NCBI RefSeq assembly: GCF_006345805.1
Contig: NW_021825513.1
Location: forward strand, 1 to 16,989
Origin: Octopus sinensis
Lineage: Eukaryota
Direction: 5' to 3'
DNA: 16,989 nt
The position numbers were made by a program, and so were the translations under genes. Under the pieces are notes generated by a model that saw nothing but the letters and a program-made list of their open reading frames with translations, was not told where the DNA came from and did not search any database. Shown here one piece after another: positions 9,874 through 16,989 of this stretch (position 1 is its first letter; each line of letters opens with the position of its first letter).

Positions 9874-9974
9874 ACATATGATCTTATCAAAAACAACCGC
9901 CATTACATTTTTTTTGTTGAATTCCTCATGCGTGACCAATTGAGACAATGTACAACATCGAACCATGTCATTTG

Positions 9975-10384
9975 TATTTCTTTATTGCCCACAAATGGCT
10001 AAATATAGAGGGGACAAACAAAGATAAATGGATCAAGTCGATTACATCGACTCCAGTGCGTAGCTGGTATTTAATTTATCGACGCCGAAAGGCTGAAAGG
10101 CTGAAAGTCGAAGACGACCTCGGCGGAATTTGAACTCAGAACGTAAAAAGACAGACGAAATACCTATTTCGTTACTACCCACAAGGGACTAAACACAGAG
10201 AGGACAAACAAGGACAGACAAACGGATTAAGTCGATTATATCGACCGCAGTGTGTAAGTGGTACTTATTTAATCGACCCCGAAAGGATGAAAGGCAAAGT
10301 GAGAATTTGAACTCAGAACGTAGCGGCAGACGAAATACTGCAAAGCATTTCTCCCGGCGTGCTAACGTTTCTGCTAGCTCGCCG
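9975..10384 (-). mobile_element. tRNA-derived SINE, family 3, tandem arrangement (full unit ~10164-10384 plus 5'-truncated unit ~9975-10163)
   Basis: Minus strand CGGCGAGCTAGCAGAAACGTTAGC (A-box region), GAGTTCAAATTC (B box), TTTCATCCTTTCGGGGTCGAT central domain. Homologous to 16147-16378. Confidence 0.85.
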
Positions 10385-10814
10385 AACCATATCATTCTTG
10401 GTGTACCGCTAGATCTACAGCCAATTGGCTCGGACTGGGCGACCACATCCTCCAACATTCTAAAGACATGTCCATAGTGCCAGAGCTATGAAGTCGCAGT
10501 GCGCTGAAATAGTGATTCAAAGTACATATATGATAGAAAATCCTATATTTGGAATGGTTCCTTAACGAAATATTTCTAACTTACGCATCAAAACCTTTAA
10601 TATTATTATTCATACGTATTATTATACGAACTAATTCAACTATAAATAACTGTGTTGCTCAATAACTGCTTTCGATTATTAATAAATATGTTACATATCT
10701 ACAATAAATGCACTTAAAGACACAGTGGTAAATACTCCTGATTATTACTGAAACAGCTGTAAAGACGAAAGAATGAAACAGTGAGATGACAATACAGTTG
10801 TTTTCTATTTTCTA

Positions 10815-10898
10815 TGCATGTACTTACATATGTTTATTTGTATGTATGTATCTATAAACGTATGTACGTATGTATTTGTATATGTATCCAGCTGTCTG

Positions 10899-10953
<55 letters not shown>

Positions 10954-10980
10954 CATATGTGTTTGTATGAATACATATAT
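10815..10980. repeat. (TATG)n/(TA)n microsatellite
   Basis: Directly visible. Confidence 0.9.
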
Positions 10981-11287
10981 AGAATACCACATAAAGCATA
11001 TAAATCTTCAGTTATTTATTCTAGATTTTTGCTCTCAGCGATCGTTGTATTCAATCATGTATACAAGATGGTTCCTCCAGGACTTACGTCATTGTAATTA
11101 CGCATTCAATTTTAATGATGTATTTTTAATAGTTCTTTTAATTATGGCGAATATATTTGAACAGTTTATGCATTGACTTTATAGCTTGTAAAAACGTTGC
11201 TTCATCTTTCTCAGCTTTAAGAGGAACAATAAATTATGGAATATGTTAGGATCCGCTATGAACAAGTGAACAAAATGCATGCATATA

Positions 11288-11728
11288 GGCGCAGGAGTGG
11301 CTGTGTGGTAAGTAGCTTGCTTACCAACCATATGGTTCCGGGTTCATTCCTACTGCGTTGCACCTTGGGCAAGTGTCTTCTACCTTAGCCTCGGCCCGAC
11401 CAAAGTCCTGTGAGTGAATTTGGTATACGGAACCTGAAAGTAGCCCGTCGTATATATGTTTATATATATGTGTGTGTGTGTGTTGTGTGTGTGTGTGTGT
11501 GTGTGTGTTTATGTGTTTCTGTTTGTCCCCCAACTTCACCTGACAACCGATGGTAGTGTGTTTACGTCCCTGTAATCTAGCGGTTCGGCATAAGTGACCG
11601 ATAGAATAAGTACTAGGCTTACAAATAATAAGTTCTGTGGTCGATTTGCTAGACAAAAGGCGGTGCTCCTTCATGGCCACAGTCAAATGACTGAAACAAG
11701 TCAAAGAGAGTAAAAGAGTAAAAGAGTA
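11288..11728 (+). mobile_element. Full-length tRNA-derived SINE, family 1, with internal (TA)/(TG)n
   Basis: GGCGCAGGAGTGGCTGTGTGGT head, GGTTCATTCC B box, CCTTGGGCAAGTG CORE-like block, (AAAGAGTA)n tail; colinear with 1249-1698. Confidence 0.9.
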
Positions 11729-11761
11729 CATGCGTGTACGTGTGTTTGTGTGTGTATATAT

Positions 11762-12270
11762 GTCAGGTCACTTTCGAGTGCTACTGGTAACATGTAACCC
11801 AGTACATGGTCGGGTCGTCGGCGACTAAACCGGCAACCCCACCAAGCTTGCTTGGTGAGGAGGGTGTTTATTGGACAAAAGCAAAACCCGTCAAAGGGCG
11901 GAGGAACTGTTGAGAGTCAACGGCCATCCAATAAATGTCTTAAGGCTGTATCATGCGCGGTGACAGAAATAATCGGACTGACTACTCAATCGCGCGGTTA
12001 AACCATTGGGAGTGAAGGACTCCTAGCCTTTGTTAGGGTAACCTTCTAGGAGAAGGTATATGAGGTAACTGGGATAATTCCGATATAAAACCTGCGGCTC
12101 AGTGGTTACCGATGATGTTGATTTGTTCTTCTTTTCGGATTATGGCTGCTGTTGTTTAGTGAGTGACACTGACTCAGTGCACAGCCTTTCCTCGCTTAAA
12201 AAATCTTCTTGCACAGGCATTGCACGATAACAACATTGATTAAGCTTCGATAGCGAGGGGGAAACCACCA
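11762..12270 (+). mobile_element. Non-autonomous, probably RTE-related, structured retroposon
   Basis: GC-richer, ORF-less, ends in (ATGT)n. GGGTAACCTTCTAGGAGAAGG...AAACC resembles a motif I recall from RTE LINE 5' UTRs. Many stem-loops. Confidence 0.5.
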
Positions 12271-12424
12271 TGTATGTATGTATAAATGTATGTATGTATA
12301 AATGTATGTATGTATAGGTACATATATTGTATATTAACAAAAAGGAGGCAGCCAGAATTTTGGATAATTCTTCATTAGCGCTTTCATTCGTTTAACCAAT
12401 AGATCTGCCATGAAGGGATATATA

Positions 12425-12425
12425 T

Positions 12426-12463
<38 letters not shown>

Positions 12464-12558
12464 TATATATATATATGTTTGCATGTATGTATGTATAAAT
12501 GTATGTATATGTGTGTGTATATGCATGTATATATACATATATGTAGATACACACACAC

Positions 12559-12601
<43 letters not shown>

Positions 12602-12605
12602 CATA
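12425..12605. repeat. (CA)n/(TA)n/(TATG)n microsatellite
   Basis: Directly visible; forms the left flank of the Tc1 element. Confidence 0.9.
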
Positions 12606-13844
12606 CAGGGGTTGGACATAATAATGGAAACATGTAGCATCATAGCATCATCATTTTGAAATATCTATAAAACCGTTAAAAGCTTGTTTATTTTTATGTT
12701 TTTATTTATTTATTGTTAGTGTTGCTTAATATGTTTTGCTAAAGTTCCTGTTTCTTTTCAGATATCAGAAAAAGGTAATTGAAATTCATTAAAAGGATAG
12801 ATCTATCGGACTTTCAAAGAGGTCAAATTGTTGGTGCTCGTATGGCAGACGCTAGCGTAATGAAAGCAGTCAAAAGGTTTGATCTATCAATAAGTACTGA
12901 TTCGAAAGTAATGACAGCCTCTGAGAAAGAGTGAAAAACTTTCTCATCGAAACAAATCTCGGAAGAAAACCAACACATTCATATAGGGACCGTCGCACTC
13001 TTACGCGAATTGTTAGAAAGGATCACAAAAGTACAGCTCCCAAAATTACTGCAGAGCTTAATGACCACCTCGAGAACCCAGTTTCCACAAAAAACTGCTT
13101 GCCGGGAGCTGCACAAAGCCGGATTTCACGAGAGGGCTGCAATCAGAAAAACACTGCTTTCAAAAACAAACTTTGCCAGAATTGGTCCCTAGAGCAGTGG
13201 AAGAATGTTATTTTCTCGGACTAGTCATCCATTACCTTATTTCCGACCTCCTACCGAGCATACGTGTGGAGACAGCCCAGAGAAGCATTTGACTCAGCTA
13301 TCTTCTTCCAACTCTTAAATATGAAGGAGGATCTGTGATGATCTGGGAGAGATATATCTTGAAAATCCGCCGACCGAATGGTCTCCCTCCATGTCAGAAT
13401 TAATAGTCAAGACTATTTAAGCATTTTATCTGATCAAATTCATCCTATGGTTGCGGAACTGTTTCCGGAGGGAAACGCAATCTTTCAGGATGATAATGCA
13501 CCAATTGACACAGCTAAAGTAGTTACTGAATGTCACGAGGAACATTTTAGTGAAGTTAAACATCTTATCTGCCCACCACAGTCCCCAGATCTCAATATTA
13601 TTGAACATTTATGGTGCATTTTAGAAAAACATGTAAGCAGTCGATATCAACCACCAGCATCACTACAAGAACTGGAGACAGTTTTAGCTGAAGATTGGAC
13701 AAGAATTCCTTTGGAAACAATTAAAAAATTGCATGAGTCCATATCTTGTAGAATACAAGCTGTAATTACTGCCATAGGCGGTCCTACTCCATATTAAAAT
13801 AAATTCGCTTCAAATTTTAAGGTGTTTCCAATATTTTGTCCAAC

Positions 13845-13849
<5 letters not shown>
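12606..13849 (+). mobile_element. Tc1/mariner DNA transposon (DD36E spacing), non-functional, copy 1
   Basis: 27-bp TIRs at 12606-12632 (CAGGGGTTGGACATAATAATGGAAACA) and 13823-13849, 23/27 match; TA on both sides; 1244 bp; transposase remnant; AATAAA at 13798. Confidence 0.95.
12794..13797 (+). pseudogene. Tc1-like transposase pseudogene
   Basis: HTH region DLSDFQRGQIVGAR, GRKP linker, RELHKAGF, WKNVIFSD, FQDDNAP, PPQSPDLNIIEHLW, GGPTPY*. Start codon appears lost (AGG), stops TGA 12932 and TAG 13222, several frameshifts. Confidence 0.95.
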
Positions 13850-13885
<36 letters not shown>

Positions 13886-14273
13886 TAGAAATTTAAATAT
13901 AAAGAACGTGAAATACACGAAGGGACGAACACGGAAAACAGACAAGTAATTCGAAGCCTTCAATCTTCAATCAGAAACCGAATCATCACGGCAAATTTCG
14001 GCTGTTTAATTCTGATATTTGCTCCAACTCGGCCAGCCCCAAGGAAAAAACTAAGCGGTGGGCATTAGATTTCTTGGTCGAAGGAAAGAATGTAAACGCA
14101 ACAGAGACGAATATAAATACAAGAAACGAAAACAAAATTGAAAACAGTAATGGTTAAAAACAGGATAACAACAGGTGTCTTACGATTAGACAAAATGAGA
14201 CAAAAAAACAATATATATAATATATATAATATATATATATAATATATATATATTATATATATATACATACATA

Positions 14274-15510
14274 CAGGGGTTGGACATAATAATGGAAACA
14301 TGTAGCATCATAGCATCATCATTTTGAAATATCTATAAAACCGTTAAAAGCTTGTTTATTTTTATGTTTTTATTTATTTATTGTTAGTGTTGCTTATATG
14401 TTTTGCTAAAGTTCCTGTTTCTTTTCAGATATCAGAAAAAGGTAATTGAAATTCATTAAAAGGATAGATCTATCGGACTTTCAAAGAGGTCAAATGTTGG
14501 TGCTCGTATGGCAGCGCTAGCGTAATGAAAGCAGTCAAAAGGTTTGATCTATCAATAAGTACTGATTCGAAAGTAATGACAGCCTCTGAGAAGAGTGAAA
14601 AACTTTCTCATCGAAACAAAAAAAATCTCTGGACGAAAACCAACACATCATATAGGGACCGTCGCACTCTTACGCGAATTGTTAGAAAGGATCAAAAAGT
14701 ACAGCTCCCAAATTACTGCAGAGCTTAATGAACCACCTCGAGAACCCAGTTTCCACAAAAAACTGCTTGCCGGGAGCTGCACAAAGCCGGATTTCACGAG
14801 AGGGCTGCAATCAGAAAAACACTGCTTTCAAAAACAAACTTGGCCAGAATTGGTCTCCCTGAGCAGTGGAAGAATGTATTTTCTCGGACTAGTCACCATT
14901 ACCTTTTCCGACCTCCTACCGAGCATACGTGTGGAGGACAGCCCAGAGAACATTTGACTCAGCTATCTTCTTCCAACTCTTAAATATGAAGGAGGATCTG
15001 TGATGATCTGGAGAGATATATCTTGAAAATCCGCCGACGAATGGTTCTCCCTCCATGTCAGAATTAATAGTCAAGAAATATTAAGCATTTTATCTGATCA
15101 AATGTCATCCTATGGTTGCGGAACTGTTTCCGGAGGGAGGGAAACGCAATCTTTCAGGATGATATGCACCAATTGACACAGCTAAAGTAGTTACTGAATG
15201 TCACGAGGAACATTTTAGTGAAGTTAAACATCTTATCTGCCCACCACAGTCCCCAGATCTCAATATTATTGACATTATGGTGCATTTTAGAAAAACATGT
15301 AGGCAGTCGATATCAACCACCAGCATCAATACAAGAAGAGACAGTTTTAGCTGAAGATTGGACAAGAATTCCTTTGGAAACAATTAAAAAATTGCATGAG
15401 TCCATATCTTGTAGAATACAAGCTGTAATTACTGCCATAGGCGGTCCTCTCATATTAAAATAAATTCGCTTCAAATTTTAAGGTGTTTCCAATATTTTGT
15501 CCAACCACTA
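14274..15510 (+). mobile_element. Tc1/mariner DNA transposon, copy 2 (part of tandem duplication)
   Basis: Same TIRs and same inactivating lesions as copy 1, plus many extra 1-bp indels. Confidence 0.9.
14461..15458 (+). pseudogene. Tc1-like transposase pseudogene, copy 2
   Basis: Colinear with 12794-13797; heavily frameshifted. Confidence 0.9.
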
Positions 15511-15885
15511 TATATATATATATATATATTATATATTAGAATAGAAATTTAAATATAAAGAACGTGAAATACACGAAGGGACGAACACGGAAAACAGACA
15601 AGTAATTCGAAGCCTTCAATCTTCAATCAGAAACCGAATCATCACGGCAAATTTCGGCTGTTTATTCTGATATTTGCTCCAACTCGGCCAGCCCCAAGGA
15701 AAAAACTAAGCGGTGGGCATTAGATTTCTTGGTCGAAGGAAAGAATGTAAACGCAACAGAGACGAATATAAATACAAGAAACGAAAACAAAATTGAAAAC
15801 AGTAATGGTTAAAAACAGGATAACAACAGGTGTCTTACGATTAGACAAAATGAGACAAAAAAACAATATATATAATATATATAAT

Positions 15886-15919
<34 letters not shown>

Positions 15920-16146
15920 CATATATTAGTGTGGGGTATGTCCCTAAGAAGAACGCCGATAAAGCTCGTTCGCTGTCAATGGCTACCAGGCGTCATACTC
16001 AGTAATTACACGATTGTGACTTGTTCTACCTCAGGAATTCCTCAGTGTACCTTGAGTATGAGAGAAATGATAGAAACGGAACATGGAATATACAGGAAAC
16101 TTCATTGCTCACTGCGATCGTTTCCACATATTCTGCAGCGATTTAT

Positions 16147-16378
16147 GGCGGCGAGCTGGCAGAAACGTTAGCACGCCGGGCGAAATGCTTGGCAGTATTT
16201 CGTCAGCCGTTACGTCCTTTGTTCAAATTTCGCCGAGGTCAACTTTGCTTTTCATCCTTTCGGGGTCGATTAAATAAGTACCAGTTACGCACTGGGGTCG
16301 ATATAATCGACTTAATCTGTTTGCCTGTCCTTCTTTGTCCCTTCTATGTTTAGCCCCTTGTGGGCAATTAAAAATATA
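16147..16378 (+). mobile_element. tRNA-derived SINE, family 3, monomer
   Basis: GGCGGCGAGCTGGCAGAAACGTTAGC head, GTTCAAATT B box, TTTCATCCTTTCGGGGTCGAT; reverse complement of 10164-10384. Confidence 0.9.
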
Positions 16379-16478
16379 ACATTCTGCATCGATCGCACAT
16401 ATGTGGGAAACTACGCATCCCTCGGCGCAGAGCGTCTCGTCAGGCGATGTAATCAGAGCTATCTCGTTAAATGACACT

Positions 16479-16597
16479 CTGTTTCGCTCGGATTTAATAC
16501 CGCATGTCCATAGTATCCGTAGTCTTAATCCGTTGACCAAATCTGGCCTTAATTCTGCTGAGATCAACACATTCTCTATTAAATCCGGGTGAAATAG
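16479..16597 (+). other. 21-bp inverted repeat (core of a long hairpin)
   Basis: CTGTTTCGCTCGGATTTAATA 16479-16499 pairs without interruption with TATTAAATCCGGGTGAAATAG 16577-16597: 18 Watson-Crick pairs plus 3 G-U. Confidence 0.8.
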
Positions 16598-16989
16598 CCT
16601 TGATCCCAATCCCGTCAAACAGAACAGAGTTGCTCCCTTACACGTCATGTTTTTGGACTTGAAAGTTGACCTATAAAGTCTCAGTGGAGAAATTAAATTC
16701 CCGGTCATATATACACCGTGGATATCATCAACCAGCCTTATGACTCCCAGGCTTCACGCAAGTAACAACAAGCGTACATATTTTGCAGACGACAGAAGGA
16801 TAGGCGTTAAAAATGTCTGTTCAAAATTTGAGACCAAATTTTGAAAATACTATATAAACGGTGAATGATAATACACTCCATCTTTCTACATTTTTTTATT
16901 TAGAGTTGTCCAGTACAAATTAATTATATGTTCATTCATTCATATAATCTAATAATTAGTTATTTTCGTAAATGTTTTTTGTTTTGATT

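Larger units (their letters stand above)
12590..15925 (+). repeat. ~1.67-kb direct tandem duplication (Tc1 plus ~420 bp of 3' flank)
   Basis: TIR-to-TIR offset is 1668 bp; flank 13850-14270 matches 15511-15925; junctions lie in (TA)n tracts. Confidence 0.95.

Noticed and set aside
11278-11738. TSD for the SINE at 11288 (CATGCATATA / CATGCGTGTA)
   Set aside because: Only 8 of 10 match in low-complexity flanks.
13880-14210. Ribozyme-like GGCTG...CAGCC-GAAA in the duplicated flank (minus strand)
   Set aside because: No CTGANGA precedes the stem; probably an unclassified repeat that cannot be assigned from this window.
16410-16450. CTGACGA on the minus strand as a hammerhead core
   Set aside because: Followed by GAGG rather than GAAA, with no consistent stem I or III.
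16223-16755. Long minus-strand open frame (161+ aa)
   Set aside because: Runs into a SINE, has no recognisable domain and overlaps the + strand hairpin. Not excluded without RNA-seq, but unsupported.
1-16989. CRISPR arrays or prokaryotic operons
   Set aside because: No repeat-spacer structure or gene-dense organisation; the sequence is clearly eukaryotic.

Overview
Eukaryotic, AT-rich, microsatellite-dense, apparently non-coding (intronic or intergenic) DNA. The SINE families resemble those I recall from octopus, so a coleoid cephalopod origin is likely (inference). No credible host protein-coding gene is present; almost all listed ORFs are translations of simple repeats or SINEs. Contents: (1) four tRNA-derived SINE families, several with multiple copies and two insertions with clear TSDs; (2) a decayed ~1.24 kb Tc1/mariner element with DD36E spacing, present twice in a ~1.67 kb tandem duplication whose second copy is dominated by 1-bp indels (possible long-read artefact); (3) a highly structured RTE-like non-autonomous element; (4) minimal Penelope-type hammerhead ribozyme motifs in two unrelated repeats, one of them a tRNA-headed SINE; (5) a possible very old Penelope relic. 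Most unexpected: nearly every unique island between the repeats folds by eye into a 70-320 nt imperfect hairpin with G-U pairs on the + strand, suggesting a co-oriented cluster of dsRNA structures (miRNA/hpRNA precursors, ADAR substrates, or ancient foldback elements). All folds were done by hand and need computational testing.
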